A DNA stretch of 64,000 bases from contig CAZYQO010000004.1 of the NCBI GenBank assembly GCA_964649695.1, forward strand, positions 89,394-153,393, in the 5' to 3' direction. The notes under the pieces were generated by a model, which saw only the letters and a list, made by a program, of their open reading frames with translations, was not told the origin of the DNA and made no database searches. This DNA comes from an uncultured Candidatus Peribacteria bacterium. Its GTDB lineage: Bacteria > Patescibacteriota > Gracilibacteria > Peribacterales > Peribacteraceae. Of this stretch, positions 15,851 to 25,258 are shown piece after piece (position 1 is the stretch's first letter; the number at the start of each line of letters is the position of its first letter). The translations under genes and the position numbers were made by a program.

Positions 15851-17749
15851 GTGAAACACCAAAACCGACTCCTCGACACTCTCCTGCCCATTGCCGTGCT
15901 TTTTGCATTCGCAGCGGGCTCCTGGTTGGTGCTGCATGCCGCACAACACGGATCTTTGCGGGCGTCGGTGGGCATCTGTGGCGATGGAACGGTGAACGAC
16001 GGCGAGGCCTGCGATGACGCCGATGTGGATGAGGCAGACGGCTGTACCACCAGCTGCACGATTTCCGCCGGCTGGACCTGCACGGGCAACCCCAGTGTGT
16101 GCAACCAGTGTGGCGACGGAACAAAGGTGTCCGCGGAGGCTTGTGATGACGGCAATGTGGCTGCGGCTGACGGTTGCAGCGCGACCTGCACCATTGAAAG
16201 CGGCTACAGCTGTACCGGCACAACGCCGAGTGTGTGTGATGCCTGCGGCAACGGCACCAAGGTGTCGGCCGAGGGATGCGACGACGGCAACAACACGGCG
16301 ACCGACGGCTGCAGCGCGACCTGCACGGTGGAGTCCGGTTGGACATGCACAGGCACCACGCCGAGCGTGTGCAACCACTGCGGCGACGGGACAAAAGTGG
16401 ATGCCGAAGCATGCGACGACGGCGACAACGATGCGGGAGACGGATGCAGCGCAACGTGTACGGTGGAAACTGGCTACGTGTGCAGCGGCTCGCCGAGCAG
16501 TTGCCACGCAACCGTGTGCGGAGACGGAGTGAAGGAAGGCAGCGAAGGCTGCGATGACGGCAATCACGCCAACGGCAGCCCTCTCGACGGCTGCAGTGCA
16601 AGCTGCACCATCCAATCCGGCGGCAGCTGCACCGGCACCACACCGAGCGTCTGCAGCATCTGCGGCAACGGAACGGTCGGCGGCACCGAGGCCTGCGATG
16701 ACGGGGATACCACGGCCGGCGATGGCTGCAGCGCGACCTGCACGGTGGAAGAGGGATACGTCTGCAGCGGCACGGCACCCAGTGCGTGCACCGTGTGCGG
16801 TGACGGCAGAAAAGTCGGCGCCGAGGAATGCGACGACAGCAACGCCACAAGCGGAGACGGCTGCAGCAGCATCTGCACGATCGAATCGAGCTGGAGCTGT
16901 ATCGGCAGCGGCAGCGGAGGACTGCTGAGTTCGTGCAACCGTTGCGGTGACGGCGTGAAGGTGGCTGCGGAAAACTGCGATGACGGCAACAGCGCCTACG
17001 GCGACGGCTGCAGTGCGACCTGCACGGTGGAAGAGGGATTTACCTGCACAGGCACCACACCCACGGTATGCGCAGGCATTTGCGGCGACGGCCTGGTGCG
17101 TGGCCAGGAAGGCTGTGACGACGGCAACACCACCGACGACGACAACGGCTGCTCCGCCACCTGCGTATCCGAAAAGGATTGGCTGTGTGTCGGCGAACCG
17201 AGCACCTGCACCCTGCAGCACTATCCCGGCGGCGGTGCCAATGCGGCGACGCGTGCAGCTTTCCCGTTGCCCGAACAAACCATGAAGAGCGCCGCACCCA
17301 AGAATCCCAACCAAGCTCTGGCTGCGCTCGCACAAACCAAAGTGCCGGTTCACATGATCACGACCGTTCTCGATTCCATCGCCCCTCCTGAAGGCTGCGT
17401 CACCGGCAAAAAGCATGCGGCTGCCCCCGTCCCCTTCCTCATCGAAGGCAACACGCGCGGCGTGATCTTCGCCGCCATGGCGGCCAAGCTGTGTCTCTCC
17501 ACGGCCGGCGGTGCACCCGTCCCCTACACCGACTTCGACGCGCACATGCCCTTTGGCTCCGAGATCCGCGCACTCTCCAACACCGGCGTGAAGATGGACG
17601 CCATGGATGCCCGCGGTTTTGCCACAGGCAAAATCTCTCCCGATCGGCCGATGAATGCCTTGGAACTCGTGCTCCTTATCGGCGGTCTGCAGAAGCGAGG
17701 ATACATTGAGTGGAAAGACGCCCAGCAGGCTATTGCACCCATGCAATAA
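15851..17749 (+). CDS. cell-surface protein with 9 cysteine-rich repeats (Myxococcus cysteine-rich repeat/DUF4215 type) and an SLH-like C-terminus
   Basis: N-terminal TM/signal (LLDTLLPIAVLFAFAAGSWLVL), then 9 copies of CG(D/N)G..x..E.CDDGN...DGCS.TC..E.G..C.G.PS.C. The C-terminal YTDFD...GFATGKISPDRPMNALE resembles an SLH motif. Confidence 0.8.
   Translation: MKHQNRLLDTLLPIAVLFAFAAGSWLVLHAAQHGSLRASVGICGDGTVNDGEACDDADVDEADGCTTSCTISAGWTCTGNPSVCNQCGDGTKVSAEACDDGNVAAADGCSATCTIESGYSCTGTTPSVCDACGNGTKVSAEGCDDGNNTATDGCSATCTVESGWTCTGTTPSVCNHCGDGTKVDAEACDDGDNDAGDGCSATCTVETGYVCSGSPSSCHATVCGDGVKEGSEGCDDGNHANGSPLDGCSASCTIQSGGSCTGTTPSVCSICGNGTVGGTEACDDGDTTAGDGCSATCTVEEGYVCSGTAPSACTVCGDGRKVGAEECDDSNATSGDGCSSICTIESSWSCIGSGSGGLLSSCNRCGDGVKVAAENCDDGNSAYGDGCSATCTVEEGFTCTGTTPTVCAGICGDGLVRGQEGCDDGNTTDDDNGCSATCVSEKDWLCVGEPSTCTLQHYPGGGANAATRAAFPLPEQTMKSAAPKNPNQALAALAQTKVPVHMITTVLDSIAPPEGCVTGKKHAAAPVPFLIEGNTRGVIFAAMAAKLCLSTAGGAPVPYTDFDAHMPFGSEIRALSNTGVKMDAMDARGFATGKISPDRPMNALELVLLIGGLQKRGYIEWKDAQQAIAPMQ
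15977..17209 (+). repeat. nine tandem coding repeats of 132-147 nt
   Basis: First Cys codons at 15977, 16109, 16244, 16379, 16517, 16661, 16796, 16943 and 17081. Recurrent gacggctgcagcgcgacctgcac strings. Confidence 0.85.
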
Positions 17750-17834
17750 GCCCAATAGAGGCAATCCGGACACTGACAACCTGATCCGACACCGTTACAG
17801 CGGACGCTCTGAAAAACACGGCGTCAATTGCAAC

Positions 17835-17861
17835 TTGCCCGGAAACATTCGGGCAAATTTT
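17835..17861 (+). terminator. hairpin TTGCCCG/CGGGCAA followed by ATTTT, after the repeat-protein gene
   Basis: 7-bp stem, 8-nt loop, short T run. Confidence 0.45.
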
Positions 17862-17870
17862 CATAACCCC

Positions 17871-17900
17871 TTGCGGATTGTCGATTCTCGCCCCTAGAAT
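17871..17900 (+). promoter_or_regulatory. promoter TTGCGG-18-TAGAAT for the histone-fold gene
   Basis: -35 at 17871-17876, -10 at 17895-17900. About 24-nt leader containing UUCCUUCCUCC. Confidence 0.5.
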
Positions 17901-17930
17901 GCCACCACTCTATTTCCTTCCTCCAGTTCT

Positions 17931-18101
17931 ATGTCTTACGTTGTGGCCTCCAAGGTCAAGGAACTCGTCAACAAGCACGGCATGATGGTCGCCGGCGATC
18001 TCGTCGATGGCCTCAGCTCCGCTGTTGAGGACATGCTCAAGAAGGCAGCTAAGCGCGCCGACGAGAACGGCCGCAAGACGGTTCGCCCCTGCGACCTCTA
18101 A
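17931..18101 (+). CDS. bacterial histone-fold protein (DUF1931 / Bdellovibrio HBb-like singlet histone), 56 aa
   Basis: MSYVVASKVKELVNKHGMMVAGDLVDGLSSAVEDMLKKAAKRADENGRKTVRPCDL fits the pattern SKVKxL...D.LS...E.....A...GRKTV..D. Has its own promoter and terminator. Below the ORF-track length cutoff. Confidence 0.75.
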   Translation: MSYVVASKVKELVNKHGMMVAGDLVDGLSSAVEDMLKKAAKRADENGRKTVRPCDL

Positions 18102-18128
18102 GCGTCTTCTCCTCACTTCGAGACAAAA

Positions 18129-18151
18129 ACCGTCCGCAAGGGCGGTTTTTT
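18129..18151 (+). terminator. rho-independent terminator after the histone-fold gene
   Basis: ACCGTCC GCAA GGGCGGT stem-loop followed by TTTTTT. Confidence 0.75.
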
Positions 18152-18284
18152 GTATCTCGCTGTGAGGACCCCGCGCGCATGCGAATCACCCTTCCCTTAA
18201 GGGGTTGCCTCATTTCGGCAAAGTCCGACTTCGTCAGATGCATTTTAATTTCATCTTTATCCCCTGCTGATATACTCCCCGTCC

Positions 18285-19622
18285 ATGCGCATTGCAGTGG
18301 TCGGCACCGGCTATGTAGGGCTCGTTTCTGCGGCCTGCTTCGCGGAACTGGGGCACGAGGTGATCGGCGTGGATATCGACGAAGCCAAAGTCGCCAAACT
18401 CAAAGAAGGCACATCGCCGATCTTCGAGCCGGGACTGGAAGAGTTGCTGCAAAAGAACATCGCAGCCAAACGACTGAGCTTTACCACCAACCTGCCCGAT
18501 ACCCTGCCGCAGGTGCAGGTGGTCTTCTCTGCCGTGGCCACACCTCCGGGCGAGGGATACCGCGCCGATCTGCGGGCGGTGTATTCGGTGATGGAAACCG
18601 TGGCACGCAACGTCGATCACGACCTCGTCTTTGTGAACAAATCGACCGTGCCGGTGGGCACCGGCAAGGAATGTGAAAAGCGCATGCATGCGATTCTTCA
18701 GGAACGCGGCGTTGCCCACCGGGTCGCCGTGATCAGCAATCCCGAGTTCCTCCGCGAAGGCCTGGCCGTCAGCGACACGATGATGCCCGACCGCATCGTG
18801 GTGGGCATCAACGATGCCGCAGGCTCACCGCAGGCTCCGAATGTCTGGGCACAGGAGGCGATGGAGGAGCTGTACCGCCCCATCACACGCATTGGCAAAC
18901 CGCTGCTGTTCATGAGCCGCGAAAGCGCGGAGATCGTGAAATACGCGGCCAACGCCTTCCTTGCCACCAAGATCAGCTTCATCAATATGACCGCGGAATT
19001 CGCCGAGGCTGTGGGCGGCGATGTACGCGAGATCGCCGCAGGGCTCGGGCTCGATGACCGCATCGGTCCGCGTTTCCTGCATGCCGGCATCGGCTACGGC
19101 GGCAGCTGTTTCCCCAAGGACGTGCGCGCTTGGCTGGCCACTGCACAGGAATTCGGCGTGCGGCTCCCGATTGTGGAAGCCACGCACGAAGCCAACCTGC
19201 GCACACGCGAGCGTTTTTTCCAGAAGATCACCGCCGCGCTCCCCGCAAACGCCACTGTTGCCGTGTGGGGGCTTTCCTTCAAACCGAAAACCGATGATCT
19301 GCGCGAAGCCCCCAGCCTGGAATACATCACCATGCTCGCGGATAAGGGACACACCGTGCGCGTGTTCGATCCGTGTGCGATGGACAAAGCAAAGCCGCTG
19401 CTGCCCGAAGGAATCGTCTTTTGCGCATCGCCGCTTGAAGCCGCAACGGGCGCCGATGCCACCGTTCTCGTGACTGAGTGGGATGAGTTCCGCGGCATCG
19501 ATCTGACCACCCTGAAAAAGACCATGAAGGGCAACCTGCTCTTCGATGGTCGCAATGTCTACGCACCGAAAGACGCCAAGGAAGCGGGCTTCATCTATCA
19601 GGGCGTCGGCACTGCGTTATAA
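18285..19622 (+). CDS. ugd: UDP-glucose 6-dehydrogenase
   Basis: MRIAVVGTGYVGLVSAACFAELGHEV.GVD...GGSCFPKD catalytic Cys motif. Confidence 0.9.
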   Translation: MRIAVVGTGYVGLVSAACFAELGHEVIGVDIDEAKVAKLKEGTSPIFEPGLEELLQKNIAAKRLSFTTNLPDTLPQVQVVFSAVATPPGEGYRADLRAVYSVMETVARNVDHDLVFVNKSTVPVGTGKECEKRMHAILQERGVAHRVAVISNPEFLREGLAVSDTMMPDRIVVGINDAAGSPQAPNVWAQEAMEELYRPITRIGKPLLFMSRESAEIVKYAANAFLATKISFINMTAEFAEAVGGDVREIAAGLGLDDRIGPRFLHAGIGYGGSCFPKDVRAWLATAQEFGVRLPIVEATHEANLRTRERFFQKITAALPANATVAVWGLSFKPKTDDLREAPSLEYITMLADKGHTVRVFDPCAMDKAKPLLPEGIVFCASPLEAATGADATVLVTEWDEFRGIDLTTLKKTMKGNLLFDGRNVYAPKDAKEAGFIYQGVGTAL

Positions 19623-19778
19623 AACACCGATCTCGCCCAAAAAATCCTCAATCGTGTCGTGCGTCGTGTGCTGCTGTTGTGCCAGCTGTTGACGCATCCG
19701 CTCTCTGCGCTGCTGCAAATCGCGCCGGGCATCCAGTTCGGCGGCCGTGGGAATGGCAAAGGGCTCCGTGTAATCCAT
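19617..19778 (-). CDS. possible 53-aa hypothetical protein
   Basis: MDYTEPFAIPTAAELDARRDLQQRRERMRQQL.... Convergent with ugd and overlapping it by 6 nt. Weak support. Confidence 0.2.
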   Translation of the reverse strand: MDYTEPFAIPTAAELDARRDLQQRRERMRQQLAQQQHTTHDTIEDFLGEIGVL

Positions 19779-19902
19779 CTGGAATTTTCTGCCTTTAAAA
19801 CTGCCGGATGGAGGATTGTCGGGTGAAATGCCCATAGGGAAGCGGATGGTAGTGGGACGGAGTGCCCTTCGCAAGATCCGGCAGGTTCTGTAGCATGCCC
19901 CC

Positions 19903-20850
19903 ATGCGCATCCTTCTGACCGGGGCAGCCGGATTCATCGGGTTTCACACGGCAACCAGGCTCTTGGAGAAGGGCGACGAAGTGGTCGGATTCGACAATAT
20001 GAATGCATACTACGATCCCACTCTCAAGGAGGCGCGCCTGAAGATTTTGGAAGGCAAAAAGGGATTTTCTTTCATCAGGGGAGACATTCTCGACCGAGCC
20101 GCGCTTGCCAAGGCGATGCAGGGCGTCGATCGGGTCATCCACCTCGCCGCACTCGCCGGCGTGCGCTATGCCTTCGATCACCCCGATGAGTACATCGACA
20201 TCAACATCCGCGGCTTTTTCCATGTCATCGATGAGGTGCGCAAGCAGAAGATCCCCGGGCTGATCTACGCCAGCTCCAGCTCCGTCTACGGAGGCAACGG
20301 CAAGTATCCGGCCGAAGAAACCGACCGCACCGACAACCAGGTGTCGCTCTATGGCATGAACAAAAAGGACAACGAACTGATGGCGCACGTATATCACTCG
20401 CTCTACGGCATCCATGTGACGGGTCTGCGTTTCTTCACGGTCTACGGCCCTTATGGGCGCCCGGACATGGCGCTGTTCCTGTTTGCCGACGCCATTGTGA
20501 AGGGCAAGCCGATGCAGGTATTTGGCGAAGGAAAGATGCAGCGTGACTTCACCTATGTGGACGACATCGTCAGCGGCATCGTCGCTTCTGTGGACAAAAA
20601 CTACCCCGAGGAAATCTTCAACCTCGGCTGCGGCCGCAAGGAGGAGCTGATGGACTACATCGGCCACCTGGAAAAGGCGCTGAGCAAGGAAGGAAAGAAG
20701 GATTTTCTGCCGATGCAGAAGGGCGATGTGGTCGCCAGCCTGGCGGGAATCAACCATGCCAAGGAGAAGCTGGGCTATCAGCCCACGACGCAGATCAAAG
20801 ACGGCATCCCGAAATTCGTGGCCTGGTACAAGGAATACTACGGTATCTAG
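19903..20850 (+). CDS. NAD-dependent epimerase, UDP-glucuronate 4-epimerase-like
   Basis: MRILLTGAAGFIGFH...NMNAYYDP.LKEARL...SSSSVYG...Y.MNK. Sits next to ugd. Confidence 0.7.
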   Translation: MRILLTGAAGFIGFHTATRLLEKGDEVVGFDNMNAYYDPTLKEARLKILEGKKGFSFIRGDILDRAALAKAMQGVDRVIHLAALAGVRYAFDHPDEYIDINIRGFFHVIDEVRKQKIPGLIYASSSSVYGGNGKYPAEETDRTDNQVSLYGMNKKDNELMAHVYHSLYGIHVTGLRFFTVYGPYGRPDMALFLFADAIVKGKPMQVFGEGKMQRDFTYVDDIVSGIVASVDKNYPEEIFNLGCGRKEELMDYIGHLEKALSKEGKKDFLPMQKGDVVASLAGINHAKEKLGYQPTTQIKDGIPKFVAWYKEYYGI

Positions 20851-21548
20851 CGGCCGGTCACGCGCCACCACCAAAGCCTCAAAAGCTGTGTGGCAAATTG
20901 CAGCTGCACCTTGAACGTAAGTTTGCTGTGGCCGTGCTGACGCACACCAAATTGGAATGGGAGTTCAGTCACAGGCGTAGTCCTGGGTACTGCAGCGAGT
21001 ATTTCCAGCAGAACCTTAAAACCATCTGCATGCACACGGGACTCCACAGCACGGTACACGTCTGCATCAACAGCAAAATAACCGCTCATGGGATCTCGAG
21101 CCGGCACTGAGCAGACTAGCGATGTGAGCAATGTGGCGAATCTACTGAGGAACTTACGGAAACTCGCCCATTCCTTGGACACTCCGCCGCCTTCCACATA
21201 GCGCGAACCAATGGCAATGCCATGAGTCTTGGCTGCTGCATCGGCCAGCAAACGCAAGACGGAAGGATCATGCTGCAAATCCGCATCCATCACCGCAAGC
21301 ACATCCCCCTTTGCCATCGCAAAGCCTTCGACAACCGCCGAGGACAACCCGCGGCGCCCCACACGCCTGAGCACGCGTACCCAAGGGAAACGGGCTGTGA
21401 GCATTTGTGCTTTTTCCCAAGTGCGATCAGGGGAATCGTCATCCACCACGATCACCTCGTCACCCATACCCAGCACTGTCTGCAGCTTTTGGAAGAGCGG
21501 CTCAAGATTCTCAGCCTCGTTATAGGTGGGTAATACTAGAGACAACAT
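20847..21548 (-). CDS. GT2 polyprenol-phosphate glycosyltransferase (Dpm1/GtrB-like)
   Basis: LSLVLPTYNEAENL...VVDDDSPDRT...VMDADLQHDP. Confidence 0.8.
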   Translation of the reverse strand: MLSLVLPTYNEAENLEPLFQKLQTVLGMGDEVIVVDDDSPDRTWEKAQMLTARFPWVRVLRRVGRRGLSSAVVEGFAMAKGDVLAVMDADLQHDPSVLRLLADAAAKTHGIAIGSRYVEGGGVSKEWASFRKFLSRFATLLTSLVCSVPARDPMSGYFAVDADVYRAVESRVHADGFKVLLEILAAVPRTTPVTELPFQFGVRQHGHSKLTFKVQLQFATQLLRLWWWRVTGR

Positions 21549-21574
21549 AGGGTTCTGTGTCTACAATAGCCGTA

Positions 21575-22483
21575 ATGCGCGTCTTAGTCACCGGATCATC
21601 GGGCACGATCGGCACCCGCCTCTGTGAGCGCCTGCTTGCGGACGGTCATACCGTGCACGGAGCCGACTGGGTGCCCAACAAATGGCAGCCGTCCGTGCAG
21701 GCCATCACGGCCATGGCGGATCTGCGCAAGGCGGAGGAATGGGACAAGGTGGCACATGACGTGGATGCCATCGTGCATCTGGCAGCCAACGCCCGCGTGT
21801 ATGAATTGGTGGAGAACCCCGACCGTGCGCTGGACAACGTGATCGACACCTTCCACATGCTCGAGTTCGCGCGGAAACACGGCATCAAGAAAGTCGTGTT
21901 CGCCTCCTCTCGAGAGACCTACGGCAACATCCCCGCGCGTGACAAATACACCGAAGACCTCGCACGCATGGAAAACTGTGAGAGCCCCTACACGGCCAGC
22001 AAGGTTGCCGGCGAGGCGTTCGTGGAGGCCTACACGCGATGCTACAAGATCGACCATGTCATCGTGCGCTTCAGCAATGTCTACGGCATGTACGACGACA
22101 GCGTGCGGGTCGTCCCGCTGTTCTTCAAGAAGGCGAGGAACAATGAACCACTGACGGTGTTCGGCGAGAAGTGCCTGGACTTCACCTACATCGACGATGC
22201 GGTGGAGGGCGTCACGCAGATCCTCCTGCAATTCGAACAGGTGAAGAACACCACCTACAACCTGGCCTACGGCGACGGGACGACGCTGCAGCATCTGGCA
22301 GAACGCATGGTGGAGCTCCTGCGCAGCACTTCGACCGTCACCATGGGGCAGATCCGCACAGGCGAGATTTCCCGCTATATCGCCGACACCACGAGGGCAC
22401 AGAAAGCCTTCGGCTTCTCACCAAAAACACCGTTTGACCGGGGCATTGAGAAATCCGTGGAGTGGTACCTCGCCCACACCTAG
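21575..22483 (+). CDS. NAD-dependent epimerase/dehydratase (extended SDR)
   Basis: MRVLVTGSSGTIG...YTASKVAGE (YxxxK). TACAAT lies 7 nt upstream of the ATG. Confidence 0.75.
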   Translation: MRVLVTGSSGTIGTRLCERLLADGHTVHGADWVPNKWQPSVQAITAMADLRKAEEWDKVAHDVDAIVHLAANARVYELVENPDRALDNVIDTFHMLEFARKHGIKKVVFASSRETYGNIPARDKYTEDLARMENCESPYTASKVAGEAFVEAYTRCYKIDHVIVRFSNVYGMYDDSVRVVPLFFKKARNNEPLTVFGEKCLDFTYIDDAVEGVTQILLQFEQVKNTTYNLAYGDGTTLQHLAERMVELLRSTSTVTMGQIRTGEISRYIADTTRAQKAFGFSPKTPFDRGIEKSVEWYLAHT

Positions 22484-22899
22484 GCCACGACCTTTTTTTT
22501 GAAGATGAAGGTGCTGCTGAGAACGTAATTGATCACCGCTCCGATCCCGATGGCGATCGCCTTGGCGAGTTCATGGGGCACGCCAAGTGAGTAGAAAAAC
22601 GACGACATGAGGAAATTGAGACCGATGGCCGGCGCATAGACAACGGCGAAACGCACCGCCTGCGAACCGACATGCCGATCGTGGTTCTTAAAGGTGATCC
22701 ACTTGTTGAAAAAGAACACGACACCGGCTCCCAAACTTGCAGAAAGCACGAACCCGAGAAACGGCGACATCTGCCCGTGTTCAACCAATATCCACTGCGA
22801 TGTCAGATCCACGGTGGCGCCACACACACCCGACACGATGAACTTGGCCACCTTCGGGCCATGACTCTTCACCAGGGGATGATGGAGAATGCGTTTCAT
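22480..22899 (-). CDS. GtrA-family membrane protein
   Basis: 139 aa, 4 TM helices, KFIVSGVCGATVDL...FFFNKWITF pattern. Confidence 0.7.
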   Translation of the reverse strand: MKRILHHPLVKSHGPKVAKFIVSGVCGATVDLTSQWILVEHGQMSPFLGFVLSASLGAGVVFFFNKWITFKNHDRHVGSQAVRFAVVYAPAIGLNFLMSSFFYSLGVPHELAKAIAIGIGAVINYVLSSTFIFKKKVVA

Positions 22900-23840
22900 T
22901 TTTTGGGTGCGGACTGCCAGGCGTCATAGGTTTTCTGCAGACCCTCGGCAATCTGCGTCCAACGCATCTCCTTGAGCGTGGCATGCACGGGCAGCAGCGG
23001 AATTACGCGCAGACCCTCCGGCTTGTCGGTGTCAAAGACGATGGGCAGCCCGGGGTTGGCCAGGTCACGGATGAGGGTGGCAAGCTCGCGGACGGAGACG
23101 ACATCGCCCGACGTGATGTATTGGATACCGGTTGCCTTGGCCTCATGAAGACGCAACAGGGCTTCCACAAAATCTTCGACATACAAAAATGCGCGCTCCT
23201 GCTCCCCGCTCCCCCACACGGACAACGCGTCCTTCGCATCACGTGCGCGCACGAACAGCGACGGGATCACGTTGCCGTCGTCGGCAAAGGTGTCGCGCGG
23301 ACCGTACACGCCCACGGGGCGGATCATGTAGAGCGGAAACTGCATCTGACGCGCGGCAAGGAACCACAGGGTCTCGCACAATGCCTTCCCCAGGGTGTAG
23401 CCGTTGGTGTGCTCACTTTGGGCAAGCGCCAGGACATCGAGATTGGGCGGGATGTTGGCGGTACTCACGAAGAACACCTCGGGGTGATTACCCTTGCCCT
23501 GCGCCTTGAGACCGTCGATCAGCGCGGTGGTCATGCGGACATTCTCGGTAGCCACATCGCTGCACTTCTTCTCGTGAAACTCCACGTTCCTGCGGCAGGA
23601 TGCGAGGTGGAACACCACATCGACACCCTTGAGCAGCTGCTCGCAGTACTCAGAATCGCGCAGATCACCCTTCACCCATTCCACTTTGCCGCGCTTGTCG
23701 GAAAGCGCACGGTAATTGTCGGCACGCGCAGGAACGCGCACGTCCGCACCTTCTTCCAACAGCCGTTCCACGAGGAAGCTGCCGATAAACCCCGTCCCTC
23801 CGGTGACCAGTACGCGCCGTTTCTCCCAGGGGGATGCCAT
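22896..23840 (-). CDS. NAD-dependent epimerase/dehydratase (extended SDR)
   Basis: From MASPWEKRRVLVTGGTGFIGSFLVERL...YTLGKALCE. TACGCT lies 8 nt upstream of the ATG. Confidence 0.75.
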   Translation of the reverse strand: MASPWEKRRVLVTGGTGFIGSFLVERLLEEGADVRVPARADNYRALSDKRGKVEWVKGDLRDSEYCEQLLKGVDVVFHLASCRRNVEFHEKKCSDVATENVRMTTALIDGLKAQGKGNHPEVFFVSTANIPPNLDVLALAQSEHTNGYTLGKALCETLWFLAARQMQFPLYMIRPVGVYGPRDTFADDGNVIPSLFVRARDAKDALSVWGSGEQERAFLYVEDFVEALLRLHEAKATGIQYITSGDVVSVRELATLIRDLANPGLPIVFDTDKPEGLRVIPLLPVHATLKEMRWTQIAEGLQKTYDAWQSAPKK

Positions 23841-23929
23841 CGCAGGCCAGCGTAGCAGAGGAATGCCCCGGGCAACCACTCGGGTTCCTTATTCCCCTCT
23901 TAGGCCAAAAGACGGTAGACTGCCGCGGC

Positions 23930-25204
23930 ATGCAAACGAAGCCCGTCCTGTGCATCGTCGGCCTTGGCTATGTCGGCCTTCCCCTCGCCCATGCGTTCGC
24001 AAAGGGCGGCTATGTCGTACATGGGTATGACATTTCCAAGCGCCGCATCGGCGAGTTGCAGCAGGGCGTGGATCGCACCAATGAACTGACCACGGAGCAG
24101 CTGAGCAGCGCGCCGATGACCTACAGCGATGACCCGGCAGTCATCGGGAAGGCGGATGTGGTGATCGTGACCGTGCCGACCCCCGTGGACGATGCCAACA
24201 AACCCGACCTCAGCCCCGTCGAAAGCGCATCGATCACCGTGGGCACCCACATGAAGAAAGGGGCGATCATCGTGTATGAGTCGACGGTGTATCCGGGCGT
24301 GACCGAGGAGTTGTGCGGCCCCATCCTGGAGCGCGAGTCCGGCCTGAAGTGCGGAACCGACTTCTGGCTGGGATACTCCCCCGAGCGCATCAACCCCGGA
24401 GACAAGGAACACACGGTCGACAAGATCCTGAAGGTTGTCGGCGGACAGGATGAGCAAACGACCGACGCGCTTGTGGCGCTCTATGGGTCGATCATCACGG
24501 CGGGCATCCACCGCGCGCCCAACATCAAAGTCGCCGAAATGGCCAAGGCCATCGAGAACGCACAGCGTGACTTGAACATCGCCTACATCAATGAGGTTGC
24601 CGTGTTCTGCAATGCGCTGGGCATCCGCACAAAAGACGTGTTGGCTGCCGCAGGCACCAAGTGGAACTTCCTCAAATTCCAGCCGGGATTGGTGGGAGGT
24701 CACTGCATCGGCGTGGATCCCTACTATCTCGTCGAAAAGGGAAAAATGCTCGGCATCGACACGGACGTGATCACCGCCGGGCGCGGCCGCAATGACAGCA
24801 TGGGACCCTATGTCGCCAAACAGGTGCTGAAGGAATTGCCCACACCGCCGCCGCAGTCACGCATCCTGATTTTGGGCGTGACCTTCAAGGAGAACATCCC
24901 CGATACCAGAAACAGCAAAGTCATCGACGTGGTCAAAACCCTGCAGGCCGCAGAGTGCAAAGTGTCCGTTTGTGATCCGGAAGTGCAGCCGGAGGAATTG
25001 GAACGCATGGGATACACCGTCGGCGCACTCGAAGACGGCCCCTACGACGCCATCCTGTTTTTGGTTCCACACAGACAGTTTGCGGCGCTCTCTGCCGACA
25101 CCTTCATCAACCTGCTCTCACCGAAAGGCGTGTTCTACGATCTCAAATCGCTCTTCTCGGCAACACCGTTCACGGAAGCCGGCAAAGTTTACCGCACGCT
25201 CTAG
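23930..25204 (+). CDS. nucleotide-sugar dehydrogenase, UDP-N-acetylhexosamine 6-dehydrogenase-like (TviB/WbpA/WbpO type)
   Basis: From MQTKPVLCIVGLGYVGLPLAHAFAKGGY...YESTVYPG...GYSPERINPGD...GGHCIGVDP. Confidence 0.75.
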   Translation: MQTKPVLCIVGLGYVGLPLAHAFAKGGYVVHGYDISKRRIGELQQGVDRTNELTTEQLSSAPMTYSDDPAVIGKADVVIVTVPTPVDDANKPDLSPVESASITVGTHMKKGAIIVYESTVYPGVTEELCGPILERESGLKCGTDFWLGYSPERINPGDKEHTVDKILKVVGGQDEQTTDALVALYGSIITAGIHRAPNIKVAEMAKAIENAQRDLNIAYINEVAVFCNALGIRTKDVLAAAGTKWNFLKFQPGLVGGHCIGVDPYYLVEKGKMLGIDTDVITAGRGRNDSMGPYVAKQVLKELPTPPPQSRILILGVTFKENIPDTRNSKVIDVVKTLQAAECKVSVCDPEVQPEELERMGYTVGALEDGPYDAILFLVPHRQFAALSADTFINLLSPKGVFYDLKSLFSATPFTEAGKVYRTL

Positions 25205-25258
25205 CGCCGAAGGGAAACACTCGCTCGCCGCAACCGAGACCGCTAAAATCCCCGCACT

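Noticed and set aside
15977-17209. Regular ~135-nt DNA periodicity as a CRISPR or non-coding tandem array
   Set aside because: The repeats are in frame and encode a conserved 6-Cys module. There are no unique spacers, and the units are far longer than CRISPR repeats.
15713-17779. 688-aa minus-strand ORF plus a nested 340-aa ORF
   Set aside because: It is antisense to the Cys-rich repeat gene. The Ala/Gly/Arg-rich repetitive translation merely mirrors the sense-strand repeats.
17910-18116. 68-aa minus-strand ORF from the track
   Set aside because: It is antisense to the 56-aa histone-fold gene. That gene has a recognisable family signature, a promoter and a terminator in the plus orientation.
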